A DNA stretch of 64,000 nucleotides from an uncultured delta proteobacterium (GCA_963782055.1 CAWAIF010000003.1:4128001-4192000); one strand, 5' to 3'. Positions 41,399-51,343 are shown, counted from the first letter of the stretch. Notes: generated by a model from the letters alone, not told the origin. Made by a program: numbers and translations.

Positions 41399-41887
41399 TC
41401 ACCGGCGAGGCTCGCCCCACAGCGGGATCTCCATCACCAGGCCCCGCGTCGCGTAGCCGAGGCGCTCGTAGAGCTCGCGCGCGCGGGTGTTCCAGCTCCA
41501 GACGTGGAGCTGGACGGCCTCGGCGCCCTTCGAGGCGGCCCAAGCGTGCGCGGCCTCGAGGAGGGCGCGGCCGACGCCGCGGCCCCGGTCGGGCTCGCGC
41601 ACGACGACGCCCTCGACGACGGCGACGCGGCGCGGGACGAAGCCGTCCCCTTCGCGCGGCGGCTTCATCAGGACCTCGACGACGCCCAGCACGGCGCCGT
41701 CCTCGCGCGCGACGAGGAGCGCGCGATCCGGGGAGCGGAGCTGCTCGAGCATCCAGTCCATGGATCGCGTGGGGCCGGTGCGCGGGCGGAAGACGTGGGG
41801 CGTCTTCTCGGCGTGCAGGCGGTCGGACTCGGCGAGCACGTCGCAGACCGCATCGTAGTCGGCGAGGACGGCGGGTTCGACCAGCAT
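41399..41887 (-). CDS. GNAT acetyltransferase, copy 2
   Basis: RGRGVGRALL, NTRARELYERLGY; intact 162 aa. Confidence 0.9.
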   Translation of the reverse strand: MLVEPAVLADYDAVCDVLAESDRLHAEKTPHVFRPRTGPTRSMDWMLEQLRSPDRALLVAREDGAVLGVVEVLMKPPREGDGFVPRRVAVVEGVVVREPDRGRGVGRALLEAAHAWAASKGAEAVQLHVWSWNTRARELYERLGYATRGLVMEIPLWGEPRR

Positions 41888-41930
41888 CGGGAGAAGCTAC
41901 CACCACCGCCCAGGAAGCGGCGGGCGTCGA

Positions 41931-42467
41931 TCACCGCGCGGGGCGCGGATCGGGGCGCGGCAAGGGGACCGCGGGCGCGCCATCGAGGACGCGACCGCTG
42001 CGGCTCATCGCGTAGTGGAGGAGCTGATCGGCGTCGAGCTCGACGGAGAGCATGCTCTCGTCCGAGAACCACGCGTTGGGCCAGTAGATCAGATCGCTCA
42101 CGTTCGCGCCGGGGAAGTTCTCCTCCAGCCAGTCGAGGAAGTAGTCGTGCTCGGCCGGCGGCAGCTCCCCGGCGGCGACGGCCGCGAAGACGTCGCGCGC
42201 CTCGGCGTACGTGAGGTCCGGGGCGCGCGCGGGCGCGTGGGCGAGCGCGTTCTTCACGAAGTGCTTCGTCGAGATCGCGCCGGCGTACGTGCGGAACTCC
42301 GCCGGCGCGTAGGCGCGGGCGGCGCGCGCGTTCCACCGCGCGAGGAGGGCATCCAGCTCCGGCGCCTCGTCGATGGCGGCCTGTTCGATCTGGTGGCAGA
42401 GAGCGACCATCTCGTCGACGTCGCGCTTCGTGGGCTTGACGAAGCGAAGACGGCTCGGGACGGGCAT
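41931..42467 (-). CDS. Hypothetical protein with bacteriocin-immunity-like C-terminal motif
   Basis: ATG 42467; LDWLEENFPGANVSDLIYWP resembles the colicin/pyocin immunity SDLIYYP motif. Confidence 0.6.
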   Translation of the reverse strand: MPVPSRLRFVKPTKRDVDEMVALCHQIEQAAIDEAPELDALLARWNARAARAYAPAEFRTYAGAISTKHFVKNALAHAPARAPDLTYAEARDVFAAVAAGELPPAEHDYFLDWLEENFPGANVSDLIYWPNAWFSDESMLSVELDADQLLHYAMSRSGRVLDGAPAVPLPRPDPRPAR

Positions 42468-42634
42468 GGGCGGAGGATAGCGTCGCCCGGGGTCCTCGGG
42501 CGAGCGCTGCCCCACCCGCGCGTCGATGCGGGACGGCCAGCGCAAGGACGGGCTTCGCGCGTCGCCGGTACGACGTCGTGTCCGGCGGGCCCGCGCGAGC
42601 GCGCGCGCGGGTATCATGACGTCCGGAGGGTCCC

Positions 42635-42880
42635 ATGGGATTCGAGTACAAGATCCGCTTCGACGTGCCGCCTGCCTTCCCCGAGGAGCTGCTCGCCAAG
42701 CGCCCGCCCGATCCGACGATCCCGGGCAGCGAGTGGGTCGAGTACGACTACAAGCTCGAACCGTACGGCTTCTACTTCGTGGACCACGGCGGCAACCGGG
42801 AGACGTCCTCCGTCGCCTTCCGGTGCCTCGTCGACGCGGCGCTGGAGTACGGCGGCGCCGCGGTGATCGAGGAGCTCTGA
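42635..42880 (+). CDS. Small acidic hypothetical protein (81 aa)
   Basis: GGAGG SD, ATG, strong GC3 bias. Confidence 0.7.
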   Translation: MGFEYKIRFDVPPAFPEELLAKRPPDPTIPGSEWVEYDYKLEPYGFYFVDHGGNRETSSVAFRCLVDAALEYGGAAVIEEL

Positions 42881-43228
42881 CGGCGCCTCTCGAGACCGCC
42901 CGGATCACTTCGACGTCAGCGTCATCACCGTCTGGCCGAAGAAGTATGACCCAGTACACGCTCGTGCCGTCCACGGCGATGTCGCGTGGATCGAGCTGCC
43001 CGGAGGCCGGCGTGGTGGGACTGGTCCACCGCGACGTGAACCTACGAGCTGCACGGCGCGCCACCACGCCGCACTTCGATCTGACGGCCGGACGCGAGCA
43101 CACACGCGGCGCCGGCGGGGAGGTCGACGCTGGCCTGATCGCGCGAGCCCCGGTGACACGCAGTGGCACACGAGGCCTCGTGATCTCGGAGCCTTGCGCA
43201 GGCACGTGACGTGCTAGCGGTTCCGACC

Positions 43229-43720
43229 ATGCGCACCTGGATACTCCTCTTCGTGCTCGCAGGTTGCGGAGGGACCACCTCCCAGCAGCAGGACTCCGAC
43301 GCCGGGACTCATGACGGCGGCGGCGGCGACGGCGGCTGCATCCAGGCGACGGAGCGCGCGAGCTGCACGAAGGGGGAGCAAGCGTGCTCCATCGGCGGCG
43401 ACGTGTGCTGCACCGGGTTCCTCGACTGCGTGGGCGGCGTGTGGACGAAGGAGTACCCTGGCTGCGCCTGCCAGCCGAACCCCGGCTTCACGTGCGGCTC
43501 CGAGACGTGCTCCGCATTCGACTACTGTTCGGGGCAGCCCGGCGCAGCGGGAGCGGACGGCGGCGTCCCGCCGACCACCTACCAGTGCATGCCGCTGAAC
43601 TCCTGCCAGCAAACGCCGACGTGCGATTGCGTGAAGCAGCTCGGGACGTGCGGGGACGCCGGCGTCTCGAGCTGCGACGACACCAAGGGGCACGTCGAGA
43701 TCACGTGCACGGGGCAGTGA
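43229..43720 (+). CDS. Cys-rich lipoprotein
   Basis: MRTWILLFVLAGC lipobox; many Cys residues. Confidence 0.8.
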   Translation: MRTWILLFVLAGCGGTTSQQQDSDAGTHDGGGGDGGCIQATERASCTKGEQACSIGGDVCCTGFLDCVGGVWTKEYPGCACQPNPGFTCGSETCSAFDYCSGQPGAAGADGGVPPTTYQCMPLNSCQQTPTCDCVKQLGTCGDAGVSSCDDTKGHVEITCTGQ

Positions 43721-43750
43721 TCGGAGGAGCCGCGCCTGCCGCGCCAGCGC

Positions 43751-43918
43751 TCATGGGCGCTTCAGGAACCTCAGGTAGAACGCCCCGAACACCAGGACGA
43801 TGCCGACGTTGACCATCAGCCGCGCCCAGAGTCGGTGCCTGAAGAACAGCAGGTCCACGCCGACCACCACGGTGATCAGCGCCACCACGTAGAGCACGAC
43901 GACTGCCTGTCTCGTCAT
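43751..43918 (-). CDS. Small two-TM membrane protein (55 aa)
   Basis: MTRQAVVVLYVVALITVVVGVDLLFFRHRLWARLMVNVGIVLVFGAFYLRFLKRP; AAGGAAG SD. Confidence 0.75.
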   Translation of the reverse strand: MTRQAVVVLYVVALITVVVGVDLLFFRHRLWARLMVNVGIVLVFGAFYLRFLKRP

Positions 43919-44507
43919 CTTCCTTCGGTCCGTGGCCTCGACTGGTGCAAGGAGCGAGCCGGGAGAGTCCCGGCCGCCTTGAGTGCGCGCGCGCGTGGAT
44001 CTCCGAGGCACGAGCGCAAGCCGCGCGCGGCCGATGCAAGCAGGGCGCGGGACAGCGCCGCTCACCAGATGCGGGTGCGGCGCGCGTCGAAGGCGCGGTC
44101 GAGGGCGTCGAATCCCGGGCGGCCGAAGTCGTTGTACTCGACGTTCAGCGAGCGGAGGCGCTGCGGGAGGTCGGAGGCGCAGAGACCACGAGCCGTGGCG
44201 CGTGCTGGAGAGTCCCGGGCCGGACGCCGCGAGCCGTCTGGTGGCGGCCGTCGTGCCGATGTCCGCGGGCAGGCGCGACCAGAGCCACTGCTCGCTCCGC
44301 GGCTCAGCGAGGCGCCGCTACGACGTCTCCACCGACTACCACCGCGCCGCGGTCGTCCACGTGAGCCCGACCGGGAGCAACTGCGGCGGCCTGCACGCCC
44401 TCGACGTCCCGGTCACCGTGGACATCGGCCCGAGCCTCTTCTGCCCTCCGATGCACTGATGGGGCCGTCATCCCGGCCGTAGGACGGCATGCCCAGGACG
44501 GCGCCCC

Positions 44508-46073
44508 TCACTCGCAGCGGTCCACCTCCCCCTGAAGCTCGGTCAGGTACGGGTAGCTGTGCGAGAGGGCGCTACGGATCTTCGCCTCCTTCATCATGCG
44601 TCTCGCCTCCGCGCATCTCCCCGCTTCGACGCAGGCGCGCGCCGCGGCCATCGGGACGTACGGCGATTCGGTGTTGGCGGCGACCGCAGCGCGATAGAAG
44701 ACGAGCGCGCCGTCGGGATCGGACTCCATGCGCTCCGCGCCGAGGCCGAGCATCGTCCGGAGGCTGCCCCCCTCGAGCACCGCGGCTCGCACGCAGGCGG
44801 CGTCGTCGTGGGGCGCGCACGCCGGGGTCACCGCGGCGCGCATCCGCCTTGCCAGAAGGATCGCCAGGACCGCGCCCGCGACGGTCGCCACCGCCGCGAC
44901 CGTTCCGCTCGCGGCCCTCGGCCGCGAGGGCACCTTGCCTCCCGCGTCCGCGATGCGATCGTGCGGGTGACCGTGGGTGCCCTTCTCCGAAAGCACCAGC
45001 GGCACCATGTTGGCCTCGTGCATCCTCGCGAGCGCGGACGCGTAGGCTCCAGGGTTGTCCTCGGCGACCTTGGCGAGCCCGTCGGCGCGCTTCTCGAAGT
45101 GCCGGACGAACCTGGGTTTGAAGACCGTGGTCATGAGCGCCAGTCCCACGATCCCGGACGCCACCGCCTGAGTGTCCGAGTACTGATAGAGGGCCGCGAT
45201 CCCGATCAGCCCGATCTCCGGGATCCACGCGACCGCCCTGCGCACGCGCCACACGGTCGCGCCCTCCGCGAGGTGGGCGAGCTCGTGCGCTGCGAGGGCA
45301 TCGAGCTCGTCGTCGGTCAAGAGTTCGATCGCGTCCGTCGTGAAGCCGATGAGCCCCTGCTTCGAGGACCGGAACGCATACGCGTTGACCACCGGCCACC
45401 GCACCTCGAACACCGAGGGCGGTGACACGCCCATGGCCGCAGCGCGCGCCGCCACCATCGCCACGAGCCGCTGCGGCGCCGGCCGCACGATGCCCAGGAG
45501 CTTCACGATGAGCCAGCGGAGAAGGACTCCTACCGCGATGGCCACGACCGCGGCGAGCACCGGCGGCAGACCGACGCGCACATCGACCATGAGCACCAGA
45601 AGAAGGAGCGGCAACAAGAAGCGAACGCGGACGAGGTGCACTGCCATACCCAGGAGCCACCGGCCCGGACCGAAGGGGCGGCGCAGCGCCGCGCGCTCGG
45701 CGAGGATGCGAGCCGGCACCGCGGCGGCGAAGGCGACGACGGTGACGGCCTGGACCACCAGATCCCCCCGGACGACCGTGAGGGGCCCGACGGACTTCGC
45801 GAGGTCGATGGCAAGCACGGCGGGGATGGCGACGAGAAGCGCCATGGACGCCACCCGCCCGACGTACGTGCGACGCGCGTGCTCCCACCACGGCGCGCCC
45901 GGAGGGCTGCGCCATGGGCGTAGCGCCACCTGCGTGGTCAGCGTCGAGGCGATCAGCGACGCGAGGAAGGCGATGGGCAGGACGATGAGCGCGCCGTACC
46001 CTGCAGTCGGTGGCAACAGGGCCCGTGCGGCATCCAGTGACGGGTCATGCACCTTCACCCATGCTGCCGGCAA
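44508..46073 (-). CDS. M48-family membrane zinc metalloprotease
   Basis: VNAYAF, LTDDELDALAAHELAH, FEKRAD, TH..P.DRI; multiple TMs; start uncertain. Confidence 0.8.
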   Translation of the reverse strand: MPAAWVKVHDPSLDAARALLPPTAGYGALIVLPIAFLASLIASTLTTQVALRPWRSPPGAPWWEHARRTYVGRVASMALLVAIPAVLAIDLAKSVGPLTVVRGDLVVQAVTVVAFAAAVPARILAERAALRRPFGPGRWLLGMAVHLVRVRFLLPLLLLVLMVDVRVGLPPVLAAVVAIAVGVLLRWLIVKLLGIVRPAPQRLVAMVAARAAAMGVSPPSVFEVRWPVVNAYAFRSSKQGLIGFTTDAIELLTDDELDALAAHELAHLAEGATVWRVRRAVAWIPEIGLIGIAALYQYSDTQAVASGIVGLALMTTVFKPRFVRHFEKRADGLAKVAEDNPGAYASALARMHEANMVPLVLSEKGTHGHPHDRIADAGGKVPSRPRAASGTVAAVATVAGAVLAILLARRMRAAVTPACAPHDDAACVRAAVLEGGSLRTMLGLGAERMESDPDGALVFYRAAVAANTESPYVPMAAARACVEAGRCAEARRMMKEAKIRSALSHSYPYLTELQGEVDRCE

Positions 46074-46174
46074 GCGCGAACGCCGTCAACACCATACCAG
46101 AGGAGGCGGAGTACGAGCGGATGGACTCCGGGTTTCGGCAGCCGCACCCGTCCCCCCGCTGATACCCTGTCCCT

Positions 46175-47404
46175 GTGTGGCGGCTGGTGCCCCCTTTCCT
46201 CGTCCTGCCGCTCGCCCTGTCCTGCGGTGGCCGCACGGGTCTCGGCGTGGTTCGTCACGACGTCGAGGACTCCGGACCGGACGCGCCTGCCCGTGACGCC
46301 GCGCCCGACTCGCCGCCGCCCGTCGACGCCGGCGTGGTCATCACGCCGTCCATCTCGGTCGGCGAGGACGCGGCGTGCGTGGTGCAGCCGACGGGCGACG
46401 TGAAGTGCTGGGGGCAGGCCCCCATCGGCGACGGCACGGAGGACGCGGCGCCGACGGCGCGGAGCATCGGCGTGGCCGGACGGGTGGCGCAGATCGCGGT
46501 GCTCGGCCGGACCGGCGCGCTGAGGATGGACACCGGCGCCGTCCGCTCCTGGGGATCGAAGGACTCGCCGTCCCTCGGGCTGGGCCTGGACGCGGGCACC
46601 TGGGCCGACGACGCGGGCAACGTGACGAGTCCGGTGGACGTGAGCCTGCTCGGAACGGACACGACGGATTTGTCGGGTGCCGCGCAGCACGGCTACGGTC
46701 GCGCGTGCGCCATCCTGGTCGACGGCGGCGTCCAGTGCTGGGGAATCGATCCGCAGCCCGCGTACGGACTGAACGGTCCGATCGTCCAGACGGCGGAGAG
46801 CGAGAGCTTCACGTGTGCCCTCCGCGCGGAGGGGAGCATCCAGTGCTGGGGCGCCAACGACCACGGGCAGCTCGGCGACGGGACCACCGAGTATGCGGCG
46901 GTCGAGTCGCCCGCGACGGTCGCCGGCATCACCGACGCGGTGGCCATCGCCGTGGGGCTGGGGCACGCCTGTGCGCTGCGCGCCGGTGGCGAGGTGGAGT
47001 GCTGGGGGAGCAGCGCGCTCGGCCAGCTCGGGGACGGCGATCCAGGTGACGGCGATCCGGATCAGTTCAGCGCGCTCCCCGTGCAGGTCGTCGGTCTGGG
47101 CGGGCCGGTCGCCAGGCTGCGCGCCTCCACCGAGGACACCTGCGCCGTGCTGGCCGATGGCCGGTTGCAGTGCTGGGGCGACAACCGCGACGGCGACCTG
47201 GGCGACGGGACCAGCATCACGCGCTTTGCGCCGTCCGACGTCGTCGACCTCGCCGGACCGGTGGTGGACGTGGGCATGGGGAACCGCCGCGCGTGCGCGC
47301 TGCTCGCCGACGGCCGCGCGCAGTGCTGGGGAAGGGCGCCGCTCGGCACGGGGAGCCTCACGCAGACGAGCAAGGTGCCCGTGACGGTCGTGGGCCTCCC
47401 TTGA
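46175..47404 (+). CDS. RCC1-repeat lipoprotein
   Basis: Lipobox ALSC-GGRTGL; repeated CA...G.V.CWG.N..GQLGDG. Confidence 0.88.
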   Translation: MWRLVPPFLVLPLALSCGGRTGLGVVRHDVEDSGPDAPARDAAPDSPPPVDAGVVITPSISVGEDAACVVQPTGDVKCWGQAPIGDGTEDAAPTARSIGVAGRVAQIAVLGRTGALRMDTGAVRSWGSKDSPSLGLGLDAGTWADDAGNVTSPVDVSLLGTDTTDLSGAAQHGYGRACAILVDGGVQCWGIDPQPAYGLNGPIVQTAESESFTCALRAEGSIQCWGANDHGQLGDGTTEYAAVESPATVAGITDAVAIAVGLGHACALRAGGEVECWGSSALGQLGDGDPGDGDPDQFSALPVQVVGLGGPVARLRASTEDTCAVLADGRLQCWGDNRDGDLGDGTSITRFAPSDVVDLAGPVVDVGMGNRRACALLADGRAQCWGRAPLGTGSLTQTSKVPVTVVGLP

Positions 47405-47568
47405 AGGTCCCCGCACCGGCGACGGAACCACTGACCCTGCTCACCGCTTCTTGCGCCGCGCGCGGCGGTCGGGATCCTCGACCTGCTGACGGGCGCCTGG
47501 CACACGCTGTGTCACCCGCGCCCCGCGCGCCGTTGCAATCGCCGGGCGCCCGCCGCACCATCGTGCCG

Positions 47569-48590
47569 ATGCCACGCCACGCCGCGCTGCTCGTGCTGCT
47601 CGCCGGCTGCGGTGCGCGCACGGAGCTCGGGCACCCGCTGCGCGCGAGCCGCGAGAACGCCGGCGCCGACGGCGCGCCGCTGGGCCCGTGCGTCGACCAG
47701 GACATCGCCCACGATCCGACGGGCGCCGCCGCCATCGCCGTGGACGGCGACACCGTCTTCTGGACCACTACCAACGGCCAGCTCTGGCGCCACGACGCCT
47801 CCGGCAACACCAAGCTCGCCGACGACGCCTACTCCTTCTCGCTGGCGCTCGACGCGACCTACGTCTACGCGCCCTCGAGCGACGGCACGCGGATCTGGGC
47901 GGTGCCGCGCGCCGGCGGCCCGCTCGTCACCCGCGTGCCGGACCTGCAGGGTGCCTTCGCCGTCGTCCTCCGCGACGACACCTTCTACGTCGAGCAGCAG
48001 AAGTCCATCGTGTCGGTCGGCCCGGTGGAGGCCCCGGCCCAGCGGACGACGATCCTCGACGGCCTCGACGGGCCGGAGGGCTTCGCCGTCGACGACGAGA
48101 ACGTCTACGTCGTCGCCACCACCGCCAGCGTCGGGGGCAAGGTCGTCACGCGGCCGGTGCTCTCCGCGGACCGCGCGCTCTCCTCGACGCAGCGGACGCC
48201 CACCGTGCTCGCCACGACGGTCACGTCGGTCGCCGGGCTCGCGGTGAGCGCCACAGACGTCTACTTCGCCGACGTGGACGCCGGCTACGTCGTCTTCGCG
48301 GTCCCGAAGGGGGCGGCGCCGTCACGCCGATCGTCCCGGGCGCGGGGGAGTCGCCGCAGGACGTCTTCGTCGACGAGAGCGGCGTGTACGTCGTCTCGGA
48401 GATCGACCCGTCGCTCTACGACATCGACCACGCATCGCTCGACGGCTCGAGCCACGACGTCTTCTTCGAGGGCGACATCGACGAGGCCGTCTTCCGGATC
48501 CACGCGAGCGCCGACGCCATCTTCTACACGATGGAGTTCGGCGCCAGCCCGTCCATCGAGGGCGTGAGCGTGCGCAAGCGGTGCAAGTGA
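47569..48590 (+). CDS. Beta-propeller lipoprotein with a frameshift in a G5 run at 48309-48313
   Basis: Lipobox LAGC-GARTEL; repeats IAVDGDTVFW, ALDATYVY, AVDDENVY; continues as GAVTPIVP..FVDESGVY in another frame. Confidence 0.7.
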
Positions 48591-48645
48591 GGGCGCCGCG
48601 CCGCGAGCCCGCCTCGGTCGACGCTTGGTGACGCCGGAAGCCCGG

Positions 48646-49356
48646 TCACTCCGCGCGGAGCGGCGCGGTCTGGAGCACGAGCGCCTGCACCGCGGGAGAG
48701 AGCGAGTCGAAGTAGGCGCGCTCCGCCGGGTCGAGCGCGCGACCCTGCCGGAAGCTCACCTGCAGGGCCGTCCCGCCCCTGACGACGTGCACGATCCGCT
48801 CGCCGTTCCAGCACGCCTCCACCTGGTCTGCGTCCCGCGTCGGGACGAACCAGTAGAGGACCGAGCCGCGGCGGCCGAGCGCGCGGTTGCGGAGCCAGCC
48901 CACCGGAGGCGCCTCCCGGACGACGCCGTGGCGCGGCGACCTCGGCGTCCTGCGCAGGACGCCGTGCCGGTCGACGAAGTACTCCGCCCACGGGCGCTCG
49001 GTGTCGTGCGGGCTCGTCACGACGTCGCGGAGAAGGTGGTCGAAGAGTATGTGCCGCCCCGCGGTGGTGCGCGTGTCGAAGCGCTCCGCCATCAGGGCGC
49101 GCGTCTTGTTCCAGGACTTGCCGACGCGCGAGTCCAGGAAGCGGTACGCGGGCGCGAGCTTGTCGTGAAACTGCCGGCGCACGCGCGGCCGCCGCGGCTC
49201 CACGGTCTCCATCGCCGTCTCCGGGTCGAGCCGCAGCGTCCCGGCGCGCGCACGGGCGCGGGCGCGCTCGACCGTGTGCGAGTGCCTGCGCTCGAAGCTG
49301 TTGTGGCGATGTCTCCCGCCCTCGATGACCGAGCGCGAGAGGTCCTTGGTGGCCAT
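48646..49356 (-). CDS. Basic hypothetical protein
   Basis: MATKDLSRSVIEGGR..FHDKLAPAYRFLDSRVGKSW..FDTRTTAGRHI; coding-like codon usage. Confidence 0.72.
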   Translation of the reverse strand: MATKDLSRSVIEGGRHRHNSFERRHSHTVERARARARAGTLRLDPETAMETVEPRRPRVRRQFHDKLAPAYRFLDSRVGKSWNKTRALMAERFDTRTTAGRHILFDHLLRDVVTSPHDTERPWAEYFVDRHGVLRRTPRSPRHGVVREAPPVGWLRNRALGRRGSVLYWFVPTRDADQVEACWNGERIVHVVRGGTALQVSFRQGRALDPAERAYFDSLSPAVQALVLQTAPLRAE

Positions 49357-49420
49357 GACACTCGCTGACGCGTGCCGGACGCCGGGCTGACGGATCCTCG
49401 CGTCGAACGGCGGCCGGCCC

Positions 49421-50413
49421 TCACCGCTGGTTGATCGAATTGGGCCCGCGCTCCTCGTTGCGATCGGTCGCGGGGGGCGGCTCCGGCGAGAGCGCGGCGA
49501 TCCGCGCGTAGAGCTCCGGCGTCATGGCGAAGTCCGCCGCGGCGAGGGAGTCCGCGAGCTGCGCGGTGTCCCGGGCGCCGATGATGGGCGCGGTCACGCC
49601 CGGATGCGCGGCGACCCAGGCGACGGCGAGCGTCGCCGGCTTCACGCCCACCTCGCGCGCCAGCGCGACGAACGCCTCGGTGGTGTCCTCGTAGGAGCCT
49701 GCGGCGTAGCGCGCCCGGTACATCTTCACACGATGGAGGCGCGAGGTCTCCGTCGCCTGGCCGGTGAGGTACTTGCCGGTGAGGATCCCGCCGGCGAGCG
49801 GGGAGTACGGGAAGACCGCGAGGCCCTCGCTCCGCGCCATCGGCAGGATCTCCACCTCCGCCTGGCGCTTGAGCAGGTTGTACATCGGCTGCAGCGCGCT
49901 GAACGCCGTCCAGTGGTGGAGCGCGGACAGGCCCAGTGACTTGGCGACCTGCCACGCGGCGAAGTTGGAGGCGCCGGTGTACAGGACCTTGCCCGCGCGG
50001 ACGAGGTCCTCGAGCGCGCGGAGGGTCTGCGCCAGGTCGGCGCGGTCGTCGAAGCGGTGGACGTAGAAGAGGTCGACGAAGTCCGTCTGCAGGCGGCGCA
50101 GGGACGCCTCCAGGGCGAGGACGAGGTGGCGCCGGGAGGCGCCGCGATCGTTGGGTGCGCCGGAGGTCGGGAAGTAGGCCTTGGTGGCGAGGACGACATC
50201 CCGACGATGGGTCTTCGTGAGGCGGCCCAGAATCTCCTCCGAGGCACCGCCCGTGTAGACGTCGGCGGTGTCGAAGAAGGTGACGCCGGCGTCGCGGCAC
50301 GCCTGGTAGAGCCTGGTGGAAGTGGCCTCGTCCGCGTCGCCGCCGAAGGACATGGTGCCGTAGCAGAGGCGGGAGACCTCGATGCCGGTGTTCCCGAGGA
50401 AGGTCGTCTTCAT
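49421..50413 (-). CDS. Aldo/keto reductase
   Basis: VSRLCYGTMSFG, FFDTADVY, LATK, SLRRLQTDFVDLFYVH, YSPLAGG. Confidence 0.93.
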   Translation of the reverse strand: MKTTFLGNTGIEVSRLCYGTMSFGGDADEATSTRLYQACRDAGVTFFDTADVYTGGASEEILGRLTKTHRRDVVLATKAYFPTSGAPNDRGASRRHLVLALEASLRRLQTDFVDLFYVHRFDDRADLAQTLRALEDLVRAGKVLYTGASNFAAWQVAKSLGLSALHHWTAFSALQPMYNLLKRQAEVEILPMARSEGLAVFPYSPLAGGILTGKYLTGQATETSRLHRVKMYRARYAAGSYEDTTEAFVALAREVGVKPATLAVAWVAAHPGVTAPIIGARDTAQLADSLAAADFAMTPELYARIAALSPEPPPATDRNEERGPNSINQR

Positions 50414-50473
50414 GGTGCGGCGCACCGTAGCGGAACGAGCGGTACCGGGAGAACGAGGACCGACGGCGACGGA

Positions 50474-51343
50474 TCAGCGAGGCGCGGCGAGCGCCCGCGC
50501 GAGGGCCTGCGACGCCGTGAGGACGTCGGGGAACCGATCCTGCCCGCGCTTCGCGAGCATCCTCGCCACCACCTCGCCCACCGCGGCGGGCAGCTCCGGC
50601 GCGACGTCGGAGAGCGGCGGCGGCGGCGTGCGGATCTGCATCTGGACCATCTCCAGCGGCGACTTCGCCTTGAAGGGGCGCCGCCCCGCGAGCATCTCGA
50701 ACACCATGACCCCGTACGCATACTGGTCAGCCAGCGTGTCGACCGGTTGCCCCATGCACTGCTCCGGTGGCATGTACTCCGGCGTCCCGAACACCGCGCC
50801 CTTGCGCGTGAGCGGCGTGCCGGGCGCGCCGACGAGCAGGCGCGCCATGCCGAAGTCGAGCACCTTGATGAACGGCTTCTCGGGCGAGGGCCAGGAGACG
50901 AGGACGTTCTCCGGCTTCAGATCGCGGTGGACGACGCCGAAGGAGTGGGCGCTCGCGAGCGCCTCGGCGAGCTGGGTCGCGATCTCGGCGACGCCGTGGG
51001 ATGGGACCCGATCGACACGCTTGAGCATGCTGCGCAGCGTCTCGCCCTCCACGTACTCCATCACGAGGCACATGTCGCCCTCGGGCGAGCGGCCGAAGCC
51101 CAGGGCGCGCACGATGTGCTCGTGGGTGAGCACCGTCATGGCGGTGGCCTCGCGGTCGAACCGCGCGAGCACCTCCGGGTCGGTCGCGACGTCCTTCTTC
51201 AACAGCTTGAGCGCGACGCGCATCCCCAGCGTCAGGTCCCTGGCCAGGTACACCGCCCCAATCCCACCCTCCCCGAGCGTCGAGAGGATCTCGTAGCGCT
51301 GGCCGATCACCGTACCGACGCGGTCTTCGAGGACTTCGGGCAT
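50474..51343 (-). CDS. Ser/Thr protein kinase (kinase domain only)
   Basis: GEGGIG, HRDLKPEN, DFG, GTPEYMPPE; start 51343 (alternative 51352). Confidence 0.92.
   Translation of the reverse strand: MPEVLEDRVGTVIGQRYEILSTLGEGGIGAVYLARDLTLGMRVALKLLKKDVATDPEVLARFDREATAMTVLTHEHIVRALGFGRSPEGDMCLVMEYVEGETLRSMLKRVDRVPSHGVAEIATQLAEALASAHSFGVVHRDLKPENVLVSWPSPEKPFIKVLDFGMARLLVGAPGTPLTRKGAVFGTPEYMPPEQCMGQPVDTLADQYAYGVMVFEMLAGRRPFKAKSPLEMVQMQIRTPPPPLSDVAPELPAAVGEVVARMLAKRGQDRFPDVLTASQALARALAAPR

Larger units (their letters stand above)
41173..41904. repeat. Diverged direct duplication, copy 2 (GNAT + SEC-C gene)
   Basis: Colinear with 37423-38160. Confidence 0.9.
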
